DNA of 63,933 nucleotides, filler included, from Basidiobolus ranarum (GCA_040143965.1; 4 parts of 4 records of this genome joined end to end with filler, not necessarily neighbours in it), one strand, 5' to 3'; positions 1 to 13,800 are shown, counted from the whole stretch's first letter. Notes: generated by a model from the sequence alone, not told the origin. Numbers and translations: made by a program.

Positions 1-8
1 TGATCGAC

Positions 9-662
9 ATGATATTATTCTTAAAAGCTTACTACACAAATAGATCTTTTAGATGGATTGCCGCAGTGTGTTCTATTGTCCAAGTAGCACGTGCATCATG
101 TCTAGTCATGACTATGAAGACAGCTACTTTTGAGCATCATGGGTATGGTTATTGCACTGCTAAGCCAGATAAGATTTGGCCCATAGCGATGCTGGGCTCT
201 GAGACCGGAATCGTACTGTTTTTGAGCTGGATGTTCATTCAGCGCATATATCAACACAACCAGGTGCTCTCCCCCAAAATACTGAGCATGCTTATGAAGC
301 ATGGCTACATATTTCCTATTCTTATACTGTCTTTCAACCTGTTGTTTGCTGTGCTTACTTTCACAAATGTAACTGGAGTTTCAATGGGACATTTGCTCCG
401 AATTGGATGTAAGTCAATACCCGAGTTTCCACCACTCTACTATGGTTTACTAAACATCTTTGCTTAATTAGGGATTTTAAACTCTTGGCTTGTCATGAAG
501 CAGACAGAGCACTCACACAAACTACACCAGATCCAAATTCAGTCTGAAACCACGGCCCATCCAGCGAATTTCTTGAAAGAGCACCAAGCACTTGGCTCAG
601 ATCCCTGGGATGTACACCTAAATGTGCACAAGACAGACTCCACACCCACCATTGGCCCTTAA
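9..662 (+). CDS. Multi-pass membrane protein (GPCR-like), probably 5'-truncated
   Basis: ORF 9-467 has several hydrophobic helices. A GTAAGT..TTAG intron at 409-471 continues the frame (…RIG-W-ILNSWLVMKQ…) to a TAA at 660-662. Confidence 0.55.
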
Positions 663-1451
663 AATAGCATGTTCGCAAACCGTTTAATGGAACCTTCATG
701 AGCATTCCAAATCGTCAATGAATAACCTGCATACACATTTTTCCTTTTCGGTGATCACGTTTGCTTATAAAATGACTGACACCTTACATAATTTAGATCT
801 TGAATCCTATTCTTATTTCCTCGAACTGTAACCCGAGAATTTTCAGTCCTTACTATTGATTTCATTAAACATGCGATGGTTTCTGCAAAATCATATGATG
901 GGGTAATCCGTTTCCTGTGCGCCTCGCTAGTGCCGAGCTTGAGTACTCTGTTATGAATTGTTGTCACCGAGGTTTTACCACTAGAGGTGATTAGATTTCG
1001 TGGAGCCAGAGATAATTCCTGGCTTTATCGAATTAGAGAGAATGCAGTACATTTTTGAAACGTTAAATCTTTTTAGGTAATGACAGAGTTTGGATCATTG
1101 CCAATTATAGAGCTTCACTTCCATATTCATACATTGTCTCCCACATTCACAATACGATACATTCCTGATTTGTACATTGGCATATTTTCACAAACATACT
1201 AAAGCAATCATTAAATTTACCTCAGAATACCCGATTACCAGATGGCTTATTTGGTTAGAACTGCAGTAGGCATTATTTATTACCACGATTTGATAATCTG
1301 TCAACTGAAGCTAGTAGGATTGGTAATTTGCATTTGGGGTATATTTACATCACCCCGACGTGGGTCTGAAAATAGTCTAGTCAAAATTAAGTGATATGTG
1401 TATGGTGATGTGTACAAGAGAAATAATATTGACTTCTTTTACAACAACAAA

Positions 1452-2633
1452 ATGGTAAAACATTAGTAACCTTCCAACTTTACATCATTCAAACTATTGA
1501 CGGCAATAATGTGTCTTTGACTGTCAGTTATACTTTTTCGCTGCCAAAAGTAACGTTTTCTTTGTAGGCTGACCAACTAGATTGTGCTCTGGATCTCATG
1601 AGAAGATTACCTCCTCAGAAAACGGAGGAGAATCTTGCTGGGTTGATTGACATTGCCCCCCATCTCACCGAAGAACTACTTCAAAATGTAGACCAACCTC
1701 TTAGAATTCAAACCTGTCAGCAAACAGGTAAAGAATACTTGGTTTGTGACTACAACAGGGATGGTGATTCATATAGGTTAGTGGCAATATCCCATTTAGA
1801 TTGTAGTCTTTTAATCATAACGAGCTAATATTACTCTCTCATTCGCCGAAGATCTCCTTGGTCCAATGAATATGACCCTGCTCTTTCAGATGGTAGTGCT
1901 CCTTCACCTAGACTTCGTAAACTTGAGGTACTCGCCAACGAAGCCTTCGATACATATAGGGAACTGTAAGTAATAAGAGTCTAGTTGTCAAAAACAAGTT
2001 GCTTATCGTTAATATCATATCTAGCTATTATGAAGGTGGAGTATCGTCAGTTTATTTCTGGGACTTGGACGATGGCTTCGCTGGAGTTATTCTGATTAAA
2101 AAAAGTAGATTATTTATATTTATATAAAGCCGTATATCATATATTCTAACTGGAATATTAAGTCAATGATGGAACAAAGAAAATGAAAGGTGCTTGGGAT
2201 TCTATTCATGTATTTGAAGCACAGGAGAGGGGACGCAATGCACATTATAAACTGACTTCCACGGTCATGCTCTACACTATCACCACTAATGAAGATATCG
2301 GTAGTATGAATTTATCTGGTAGTATGACCCGACAGGTAGGCGCTCAAGTCTATTCACTCTTTACCAAGTAATACTGAATTCTTTCGATTCCACACGTAGA
2401 CCGAGCAGGATTCTCCAGTTGACGATTTGTCTTCACATGTGGGTAACATTGGTCGAATGATCGAGGAAATGGAGTTGAAGATGCGTAATTTGTTAAGCGA
2501 AGTTTATTTCGGAAAAACCAAAGATATCGTCAATGGACTGAGATCCATCAACTCTTTACAAGAAGGCAATAAGCAAGCACAAATTCAATCAGAATTACTA
2601 TCCAAGTTGCAGGGACGAAAACCACCTATATAA
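1452..2633 (+). CDS. CAP2: F-actin capping protein beta subunit, multi-exon
   Basis: The first coding exon is ATG only (1452-1454, then intron 1455-1567). It is followed by [55 protein letters not shown] and [15 protein letters not shown], all hallmark CapZ-beta motifs. Confidence 0.96.
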
Positions 2634-2940
2634 TAGCTGTTACGGAACAAGTTCATGATTGTCTTTGCATCATACTCTATCCAGATATCCTCCTAAATGA
2701 AAGTGCATATATCATAATTGTCATTAGGGTTTCAAGTGACTGATGATTAATTGACCATTCGAAGCTATTTAATGTTCGTAAATTATCCATATACTTTTAT
2801 GCGAATAATAAAACGTGAAAAAGAGGAACTCTCTTATATATAGAGACAGGACAGTGGAACTAATCAGTTACGAATTTCAATAGTGGAAGCAGTCACAGGA
2901 CACTTTATTTTCATGACGTTGCAAAAAGACCAAGTCCTAT

Positions 2941-3840
2941 TTAATTTTCCCTCTTTAACCATCTGTTCATCTCACTGTCCGATTTTCCAGTGCCCTTAAG
3001 CAGTACTCGTAGTTTTGTTTCAAAATCAGCTGATGGTCTTTCTAATAAATTTTCCAGAGCAGGGCTCAAGACAGCAGTATCACCTCTCTTGATGGCAGGA
3101 TAACTAGTTGACCACCATGGAGTAACGCCTCCTTTATCAGCATGGAGTTTTATCCATTCTTCAGCTGGAATGACATTGAATTCAATATCTCTACCAATGA
3201 TTTTAGAGATCAACTCGGTGGTTTCCTTCAATGAATAGGCCCTGGCACCAGACAGGACTACAGTTTGATTTTTATAGTCATCACCAGCCACAATTTTGGC
3301 CGTAGCCTCACCTAGCTCTTCTCTATCAGCAAATGCAATCCTACCATCAGAGGGGACATTGACAGCTTTATCATGTATGCTGAAGAAGCCTAGCGAAACT
3401 GAGAAACTATCCATATAGGTTCCTTCACGAATGATGGTGTAGGTCAAACCAGAGGCTTTGAGATACTCTTCAGTGGCTAAATGTGCATTCATTACTCCAA
3501 CCTTGGGATCATTTCCATAGTTAAGGGAAGTGTAGTAAATGTGTTTTACACCAGCAGTCTTAGCAGCATCGATGGCAGCACGCTGAGATCGGATACGATA
3601 CTCATCATCATAGGAAGGAAGAGAGACAAGTAAGAGTTTCTTGGCACCCTTGAATGCTTCCAACAATGTCTCTGGCTGGGTATAATCTCCATGTCTAATC
3701 TGAATTCCCAGGTCTTGCAGTTGCTGATGATCAGTATTATAGACCGAGGCTATGATTTCATTGGCTGGAACAAGTTTTAATAGATGTTCGAGGACAGATG
3801 AACCAAGTTTGCCAGTGGCTCCAGTAAGTATGATGCTCAT
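2941..3840 (-). CDS. NmrA-like atypical SDR, NAD(P)H quinone oxidoreductase (QorB/TMR type)
   Basis: Intronless 299-aa ORF with the Rossmann motif TGATGKLG, plus RHGDY, AAKTAGVKHIYYTS and HLATEEYLKASGLTYTIIR. Confidence 0.88.
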   Translation of the reverse strand: MSIILTGATGKLGSSVLEHLLKLVPANEIIASVYNTDHQQLQDLGIQIRHGDYTQPETLLEAFKGAKKLLLVSLPSYDDEYRIRSQRAAIDAAKTAGVKHIYYTSLNYGNDPKVGVMNAHLATEEYLKASGLTYTIIREGTYMDSFSVSLGFFSIHDKAVNVPSDGRIAFADREELGEATAKIVAGDDYKNQTVVLSGARAYSLKETTELISKIIGRDIEFNVIPAEEWIKLHADKGGVTPWWSTSYPAIKRGDTAVLSPALENLLERPSADFETKLRVLLKGTGKSDSEMNRWLKREN

Positions 3841-6697
3841 TTTCTCGTAATTTGGTGGATGAAGAGTTGATATATTGAGGCACAGGTAGTTAGAATTGGA
3901 ATAACGATGTCAAGAGTGATCCTGACTTTATATACGTTTCTCTTGACAGCTCTCTGCATATAATTCTTATAAATCAAGTAGCTGGAAACGCGGATCCCTG
4001 TTGCATAGCCCAAAAAAGAACCATACTAGACAGATATTTAGTCAGCAATACAATGGAGTGGGTTGTGGTGGAGTCTATTACCAACTGCCAGTGCATAGAA
4101 TTTGACTAGTTTATTAGCTGAATCAGCGTGATATCGGTTATTTGTGATACCTCCCGAGTGACACGCATCTTTGTTTAAAATCACGCAATAATATCACATT
4201 ACAATGACTGACGATGCCTTGAAAGATCACCTCCATTCATGAGGCTTTTCATTTCGTGATTAGTAATTCACAAATTCATTCAAGTTGCTGTAAAAGACCA
4301 TGTTCAAGGCTTCTTTTCCAAAGACTGTTACTGTATCGAAGCTTCATCATAACGGGTGTCGGTAACTTTAGTTTCTCTGTATTGATCAACCTCAGCTGTA
4401 AAAGTAATACCCAGTAATTTGTAAAGAAATCTTCTGGTTAGAGACGAATTGTGACTAGGCAAAGACAATACACTGCACAATTTGTCAAAAACTTATTTTT
4501 ACTACGACCTTAAGGCTGGTATTCATTCTCCTATCTGCTATTAATTCTACACACGCTATGCACCATCATTGAAATTTGACGCTTACAAATACATCAGGCT
4601 TTTCGGCTGAGCAATAGATTTGATAGTTTCGTCGATGTGATGTCACATACCTATATAACCAAATAAACGGATGTTCCAGTTCCAGTCGTACCTGGCGCCG
4701 TAGATGTAACCCAACGGCGTATACTCACTAATCCAAGATTCAGACCACATTTCAATCACAGTTGTGGAAGTATAGTAGGCTCTGCCCCTCACATTGGTTT
4801 CTTTATTTGAATATTTTCAACTGAATATACACTTTGTGGGCATCAATAGCCATGGCTAGGATGGAGTTTGAATACAAGCTCTGGACTAGACTTGTCCGCA
4901 ATAGTTGTAAGAGTAAGTGAACAAAAGAATTGAATATCAAGAGTACCAGGCGTTCACTGAAATCAGTAAGTACAATTCTTAATTGGCCTTTTGCCATTAT
5001 AAGAGTTTCTCTTTTACCTGAACTCACCTAGATTTTCTGCTATGTACTTCCATTTTGTTGTATAACAACATATTAGAGGTATTCATCTGCTCTCTTGAAG
5101 TCCCTGCTAATTCAATTCCTTTACCAGCTTTTGGAGATATATATTTTCGTCATGGTTGGGACACCTCTTGTTATTCTCCATACAAAAGATGGGGAGACTT
5201 GAAAGACCTCGTATAATGATATCGTTGTCAATCAATATGTCAATGATCAATGATATTTTCTATTCAAATGTACAGTACAAGCTACAATGGCCAATACGTT
5301 CAAAAACCCGAATGGTTTCACCTGATGTTTATCCAGCTGAGCTATATATATATAAGTAGGATAGAGAATTGATATTGTGTGGGGAATATGCCTATGGTAC
5401 ATCCATCCCCAGTCATCATGTTCTAAATCATCTTCCTTTACAGCCATGTGAGTGAAATATTAAAAATGGACATTATTGGGTGGGTGTCATCAAAACTGAG
5501 CGGTTTTGATTAGAACAAGATATATTAATATTAATACTTCTCCACTAAGAGAAGGAGTTCACTGTTAATGTGTCATGTTTAAGGGAAAGAATATTAATTA
5601 ATTTAGTAGTGATATTAACTTCTTTTCGTCAACATTGGAAGGTAGCATTCTTAAAATTTCAGAGGTTTATATTCTTTTCCAAATGAGGTCAGATGTCGAT
5701 TTCTTATAAAGTTTGTCATATTAAAATTCGAATGTTTGAATAAAGGATCATCAGTTGAAACCGTCCTATAAGATGCTTAAAGTAACTCGGCTACATTAAA
5801 GCTAAGTAACCTATGGAATCATCATAACAATGATACTGGGCAATCTTCTAGAATACATCGGATATATTGGATAGCTAGTATCGTCAAATCGTACTTTCAG
5901 CTCTAGTAGAGATAAAATTATACTTTCTCGCATGAGAGGATGTTAGGATAGAACAGCATATTGATAGATTGTATAGTATTAGGCCCTAACCCTTCTGTAT
6001 AACCACTAAAGAAATGCACACCTTATCTCTAAACTTTCCACAGAATGTAATTCAGCATTATATCACATTTGCCACCATAAGCTGATAGGGGTTCAACGCG
6101 AGTAGAACATCAGAATGTGCAACAAATACTTTACCACTTAAAGGAAGCTGGATGGTTTGAAGCTACTATTGCCAAGATTGATGATATACTAGAGAAATGG
6201 ATAACTAACAATTTAAATTGCATTACCTAAACATGGAATTTGATAACCTAAATACCTTTATAGTAAAGGTGGCAATGCTCTTCGTATACAGTCTTACCGA
6301 GTCTATACAAAAACTTGGTAACATGTGCATCATAATTGCCATGCTTCAACCTACCGATGTTTCTCCAACTTCTTTTAGGAAGTCTCACAATCTAAAACAA
6401 TTTATTCGAACAGGAAGAGGTGAAGGAAATGAAAATTATTACATCAAAATATCATTTTTTGTAAACGAAGAATATTTTGTTACAATGGAGGAATTATAAA
6501 AAAATGAATTAATTTTTTTTATCAACAGTTCTAAGCTAACTAAATAATTACTCCACCGAAATATTCGCTACTTGGTTTTCTTTCAACGAGTCAGGAATAT
6601 TATCAAATGATGAATTAAATAAAAACTGACATCAAACGAAGTCAAAAATAACTGGAAATTTGGTTACGAGACTTCTCCCAGAGCCAATGTTTTAGTA

Positions 6698-7898
6698 TTA
6701 GCGATGTGTAAACCGGTGTGGTAGGAGCTCTTCGAGAGAAAGAACCTGCGTAGATCTATCAGTTTTAACAACATATACATCCAAGTCCGTTCCCCATTCT
6801 GCCATGAATTGTCTACAAAACGGTTCAATATGCTCATTAGTTGCTAATCTAAGCTGACAACTGAGTCTAAGTTACCTGCAAATACCGCACGGGAATGTGA
6901 AACTGAGAGAATCTCTATGAAAGATAAGGTTAATATCCCTTTTAAGGATAACTATTTATCTTTCTTTACATCTTACGTGGCAATGGCAACAGCAACAAAT
7001 TTCTTCTCTCCGTCAGTCTGAAATTCAAGACGTTGCAAGATCAGCTAAAAGTTATAGAGATGATGGCGTGAGATGATTTAAGGGTATTACCAAGGCTCTC
7101 GAAAATGCAGCCCTTTCTGCACAAATCCCGGCCCCCAACGATGCGTTTTCAACATTGCAACCTTTGAATTGTGAACTATGTAAGTCTCTATCGTACATTC
7201 TGTGGTCTTAGTAGTGTACCACGTTACCTTTGTAAAAGTTGTTTGTATCCGTCAACAAAGCGGCTCCAACTTTGAAGTTTGAGTATGGTACATAAGAGTT
7301 CTCTCGGGCTGTATGTGGATCTCTTAGCATGATTTGTGCAGGTATAATGTATACTATCGTGATCCTCTTTACCTTCTAAAGCCAAATCTATTAATTGGTT
7401 GATTTGTTCAGCACTTATATTAATAGTCGATGTGGGTGAAGTGAACCCTGATATTGAAGTGAGTGGAGGGCCAGATATTCTACGTTGTTTATGCTCAGGC
7501 CTATCATCTATCAAGATATGTAACAGAAGAAAATAAAAATCTACACAATATGCTCAGGACTCGACGAAGGCACTAACCTTGTTGCTTTGATTAGTAATGG
7601 GTGAAAATGAAGAATTGGAGTTAAATATCGAGGGGAAATCAACAAGGATAGATTGACTGACAATTACCTCGTTTGTGAAGGTACGTTTTACTTCCTCGGG
7701 GGTGTATTGGCAAGCGCGTAGGTGTGCTGCCATTGTCCGAGGTATACCAAGAATCCCAGGCACTCGATTGATTCCCAGTGCTTTGATACAGTAATTGCAG
7801 TGGGCGTGATAGTGACTTTTATTACACCTTTCTCCTCGCCGAAAATGATCCCATATTGGCTTCCGGGGGCGTCCGATCATGGTGGAAGATGAAGACAT
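6698..7898 (-). CDS. BED-type zinc finger fused to cytidine deaminase (239 aa, 8 exons)
   Basis: Exons are 7898-7668, 7584-7578, 7507-7373, 7308-7228, 7161-7091, 7017-6977, 6914-6876 and 6812-6698, totalling 720 nt in an open frame with GT-AG introns of 62-83 nt. The N-terminus has IWDHF…CNYC…HLRAC (BED-like). The C-terminus has SYVPYSNFKVGAALL, GCNVENAS, ICAERAA, PCGICRQFMAEW and LEELLP (homotetrameric CDA family). Confidence 0.85.
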
Positions 7899-10800
7899 AG
7901 TGCGAAATATCTTTCAAGAAATAAGCATTAATACTTTTCGATCGATGAATCCAGACCTAATATCAAGAAGCAGTTTCCTGGTTCCTACTCTATATTAGTG
8001 TGATCAAGATCCTCAATATCTCTATACAGTCGTAGCTATGTTCTATTTCTACGTCGGGTCGGCTGAGGTGTAAAGAAGAGTAAGGGGGAAGGGGATGGGA
8101 TGGGCACTGCTTATAGCACTTCGACACTTATGAACACCAAAATTAGAAAGAGACAAATGATTGAAATGAAAATGAGATCGCGCGCATGTTCTCACTGGAT
8201 ATTTATATCTAATCATCAGGCCAGATTAGGCTGCCGATTGGGTACCATCCAATATACAGCGATATTTCTATTCATAACTTAAATAATGCTCACGTATCAT
8301 TAATTGGGTGACTTCTTTTTCTTTGCTTTTTTCATTATGTATGTTCGGGAAAGCATCTCCTTCCACTGGGCTAAATTTGGACTGGATGCTCAACCATAAT
8401 CTATTGGATCATAGTGGATAGCATCCGTTACTGACTAAAATGAATTGGTATTTTCTTTTTCGAACAAACAAACGTTCACAACTGACCATCAGAAATACGC
8501 TTGAGATGTATGAAATCTCCGTGAAACCTGTTATTTCCAACCTGTTTGTGCGGTAAACTCGGTGCCTGAATACCTCATTATTAATGTGTAGGGGAGCCTC
8601 AGACAGCGTTGCTTGGGGGCATTATTAACTAGCGTTTATTATTACAAACAATGCCAGTATACACATGGTTTCATCAAAATCGCAAGAACCCAAATATGAG
8701 CTGCGATTTGGTTTATTTCGAAACCTCAGAGTGGCGGAAAAAATAGCGGTTATTTAGGGAATACGAATTTTATCCAGACTTCAGATAAGACTGAAGATGG
8801 CTGTTGTATATACCATCATACATTCCGGTATTTTGTGTTCCCCAAATTGTGGCACAAAATTCCACATTGTGCAAGCAATCTCATCATAAGTTTAAGGAAG
8901 TACTTAACTCTTTTTCTTTCAACCAAGGCGATTTGTACCTGGAATGGGTGTCTGGAAACCATCAATTCTGATAAAACGCCAATTACGATCTGTAAGCTTA
9001 GGCGATTCCCATGGGTGTCGCGCCCAACTTCTGACAATTCTCTGCATATCAGAGGCTGCCCATCGATTTATCAAGCACCAAGTAGATGCCATTTCTGAGC
9101 TAGGGAGCAGACTTCGGCTTCGTCGGTAAGAGAGTAGACAGTACTCAGTTCAGTGCGTCAACAAATGTACATGCTGTTAGGATAAAGCCTGTTCTTGTAG
9201 GTGATCAGGTCATCTTTATTAGTAAACAGAACAAGCCATACATCTAATGAGGTTTACGGCTCATAATTGCGCAGGTACATATTCTGGGGTATTTATCGTA
9301 GGCCAAATCGGGATGGATGGTGATGCATTGGCAAGTTTGCTTGATGTAACAAATAAGCACTAAAGTCGTCCTGTCATTCCATGCACCATATGATCATTGC
9401 AGAAAATGAGGACGCAATCACTTACCCAAGTCCTAGACTTAAGGAGCTGGCGGGTAGCTGTGAATCCAGCTTGTGGCAAAAAAAAGTTAGGATATTCAGT
9501 ATTCGGATGCTGGGAGTTCATTTCCCAACCCAATAGACAGGCCATTGAGTCTCTGTATTCATATGGTATGCTGAGCGCGCTAGCCAGTACATCTCTCGCT
9601 AGAAATTCGTAGGATGTTCGGGAGGAATTTAATTCATCGCAGTTAGATCATCTTCTATGCAAATTGAATGAGTATGCACATCTGAAGAGTGACTAGGTTT
9701 TGTTCAGAAACCACACCCTAGGATGTTGCGAAGTTAGAGGTCACCCTATTCAAATCTTAGTGTTGAGTCACACATGAATACACAGCTTGTCAATTTGTCA
9801 ATTGGATTGGATTGGAATAAACGGAAGCCGTCGGATGTATCACGAGTGTGCCATTAATATTCAGGGGGACTCCAAAGCATTAGTCTTAGAGGTTGGAACA
9901 ACTTCATCATAGAGGGGCGAATAGTAATGTAGGAGATTAATGTGCCCAGCGAAGAGTATATATGAATGGAGTGGCATAGGTTTATGGTAAATAACATCTG
10001 ACATAACCAATAGGTTATTCACCAACCGATCTGAGAGAAACCCGTATGTAGTTAACCACTTCGCCAGCAGCCCTCTAGGAAGTCGGATGGAGATCATTGC
10101 CAAGACATTCGAGTGATAATCCAAAAAACATTTGGTTACACGGCTATTGATTTTCCCGATTGACAATGTGATTGGAGACAAGACTTAAGCTCAGATTTAG
10201 TTTGGATTGAACAAAAATACAACAAATGCACTGGACATAACCAACCTCACTCACACATGACTAGGAAATGACTCGACTGTCATCCCAATAAAGTATATTT
10301 TTGAGCTTAAAGATTGAAATTGATAGCTACGCGCATTCTAAATTAAGAAGATAATGATAGCATCAATATTCGCTCCATCAACGGTGATAGAAAGTAGAAA
10401 CCAACTCGATACGTATGCATCCCTTTATTTCTAGGCCCATGTACATTGAATCGAGGCCAGCAATTTTTGGGAATAATCGAGCATCACCATGAGCAGGAAC
10501 CGTGCTGGAGCAACACCATGTCACTGATAAATATCATGTTGCTTTTGAAAAACCAGATAGAATATAGATTTGATTGCTACACTATCTTGTGTGTCCGGAA
10601 TGATTTATCGGGAATAAATTAATTGGTGGGAATACCTGTTCAGGTCTACAATGGTGTTTTTGTGAGTTGTACTACATCGTTCAACCGTAGTATTGAAGCA
10701 CAAAGCCCATTATGGCATTCTTGGAATCTTTGAGAGTACCAAATGAACTCTCAACCGTACTCTTCTATTGAGAATCATGTGTGGTGAAGCTTCTACAAAG

Positions 10801-13800
10801 AGTTGAATAAGGGGCTATGATCGATATAACAAAGATTTCTATCTCTTGACAGATATTATCTCACCAGGCTTTTGCGATGTATTCAACTCGTTAAATCTCA
10901 GCTGAAACGTTCGAAATGAATCTGAAACGTGACATGTTACACACGAATTTTGTTGTTTTTCAGATGACAAAACGCTGAAAATTTTATACCAACCAATATG
11001 GCCGCGTAATTGTCAATAAGGCAGGTAGGTAGGCGGTATATCTTAGCCTGCATTCTCCAAAGGCATCATCAACAAGTTTAAAGAAAATCAGGATTAGTGA
11101 TATTCTTCTTGTACAGGATTCTTACTATGCCTAGAACACCCACTCCCCTGTAGAGGAGATGATTTCCAGGCTGTGACTAAGACAATCACATTGGCAGTAA
11201 CACAAATCCTCTGACAATTTAACACTCAACGCCAGAATACCATTTCAGCTACCACGTCGATGAGAATTGAATGACATAATTATCCAGAATTGAGTGACCA
11301 CTAAGGATTTACGTTGTTGCTATACAGGGCATTTCCTGAGAAACTGTACAGCTCTAATGAACCTCCCCTCTTGAAATCCAAAGATTCTTTGACACTTTAA
11401 AGTAAATATACCGAAGAGATACAGATTACAAATCACCTGATAAATGAGGCCATGAAATTTGTACACTGAAAGTACATTCGATCGACCCCGCTGTTGCATA
11501 TAGGAATTCTATAAATCCTGATTGTGCTGCTGTATTTTAAAGCAATCAGTGTAAACCCAGGATGAGGCAGTGGCACTAATATATGCTCGATCCCCTGCTT
11601 GTAACAAAGACAAGCTAAGATCGGTAGGCACGGATCCTTAATGGTCATGTACATCTGGTTACCACATGTCCATTACAAGTCATGGAGGCCCATTATGCAT
11701 ACTCCCGGTCCGTAAAAACAAAGAAGTGACGAGTTGAAGAGAACAAAGGATGACATACTGCAGAAATGCAACGAAAAGAAGAATATTACGTGTATTACTA
11801 GTCACTCCCAAGTTATTGGCGACATCCAATGTCCCACCATTAGAGGTTTTCTTTTTGAAGATTCAAACCAATTGACAATTCCTTGGCGCCAGAGTAATGT
11901 TTTGTAGGAGTACCTGATACAGCCTTCAACTTGAATACTACTGCCAAGTCACCAAATGAAGGGGAAAGTTGTTACAATCCAAGATGCCTTACGTCGCTCG
12001 TGCATCATCCACTACAATCAAAATGAGAGCAAAATAGGCATGCTTGTTTCCGAGAAATATCATTCTAAGAGATTCAAAAACGAAAACCCGAAAAACCACT
12101 GAATTTTCAGATTTGGCTAGAAGAAAAACCAGCGAATTTCCCATAAACATCGATATTCTTATCAGATATTCGATTTGCAGGTGATTTGAATCATACGGCG
12201 GCTCAGCCAATACAAATGCTTCTACTGTAACTCTAGCCATTAAAAGACAGGTCGAATGCTGAGTCTTTGCCACATATTTAGACTACCAATTGGGCTACAA
12301 AACCGGTTTTCTGCACAGATTTCTGATCTTGATTGGTTTGACCATATGCGGAAGGAATCCAGATCTAAATATTTGCGTGGTTGTGATGGCCAATGTAGAT
12401 ATTGCAGAATAAAGCTTAATCACCAAGATTACAAATACCTTGAGGATTGCGAGGAGTTCAAAAATGGGATATAATTTACACTTTCCCACCCATTGGGCCA
12501 TTGTCATAGGTAGTGGTGGGAGTGTTCCAACCATGTCAACGTCACTAGTACTGATTACCTTGTTCGGTCCATATCAAGAATTGCTATAGATCCATACAAA
12601 CATGAGTTGCTTGGTGCGACCACTTGACATACAGCGATGTTTGCTGGTAATCTTTCGTGTGTCGCATTGGCAACATGACGAGAGGCCTTCCTGCCCTTCG
12701 CTAATCCGAAACACTAGGCTAAATATCGACAGCACTTCATGACGAATCAGACCCTATATGAATATGACCCATTTAATTATGTAGGTCGCTACGCAGTCAT
12801 TTGATGCTCCTTGGTAGAACGGACCAACCATTAACAAAAACCCAAAAACAGTATCGGATTACATCAGACATATTCGCTGACCTTACATTAGGGAGATAAA
12901 ATCAGTAAACATGGCTTAGTCATAATTCGAACATTCTTCTGGCACATAATGGTATTCCGACTGTACTCAATTAAAAGTGTACGACATAGCAACTTGTTTG
13001 GCTTAGCACGGAGATACTAAAACGATTTCTTGATTGATACTCTAGTTAATAGGAAACTAACTAAAAATGAGGATCATTAAGTAGAAGACTTAGCAGCAGA
13101 TAATTTGGCCTTCCAGCTGGGTGTAACAACGTTGGCCCAGAAAGTATCCATTCGACAGTCAATTGATTGGATATATCACCAATTTCATCACAAGTATATG
13201 CTTAAAATGTGTTCTTAGCGCCCTTAGAAAGGGCAATTTTATCAGCTCCTATTGAAACTAATACGAATCAAGGTGGCCCTCAGACATAATTTATACCGAT
13301 TTCAAACAATCTGAGTAGCTGATTCCTATAGTACCAACTATCCGTTGCTAATGTAGTGTTCCATTTGAAAACTACATACAAAGCGTACATTTTGACAGCA
13401 CCTGATTGTAGCCGTTCTCATACATTTCGAGTCTCTTTTGTCATGAAATATTAATGAATTTCTGATTCATGAACAGCTCAGTGTATTCATTCAATTGAGT
13501 CAGCAATCTAAAAACAAGTGAATCAAGCTTGTGAGGATGATCACACAGTACAGGTGGAATCACTGTGGCCGGTGCCTGCCGTAAAAACTCTCCTTATGGG
13601 CAAGCCAGCCAGTTTGCGGTGGGTCTTAAGAGGAATAAAACATTGGAAGGTATTATATACGTATTTTTGCCGTTCCGACAGTTCTCGTCCCTGATACCAC
13701 TAAGGTCCGTATGCCCAAATTTTAACTACAAGTTCTAGAGGAGCAGGAAGGGGTTGTTTGTTTCAAGAGTATCTCTAGTAGATATTGTCTCGATAGTACC

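Noticed and set aside
4200-6500. Possible LINE RT relic (YKLLGITF on the minus strand near 4400) or exon fragments
   Set aside because: No convincing YxDD or other RT motifs in a consistent frame, and no family could be assigned.
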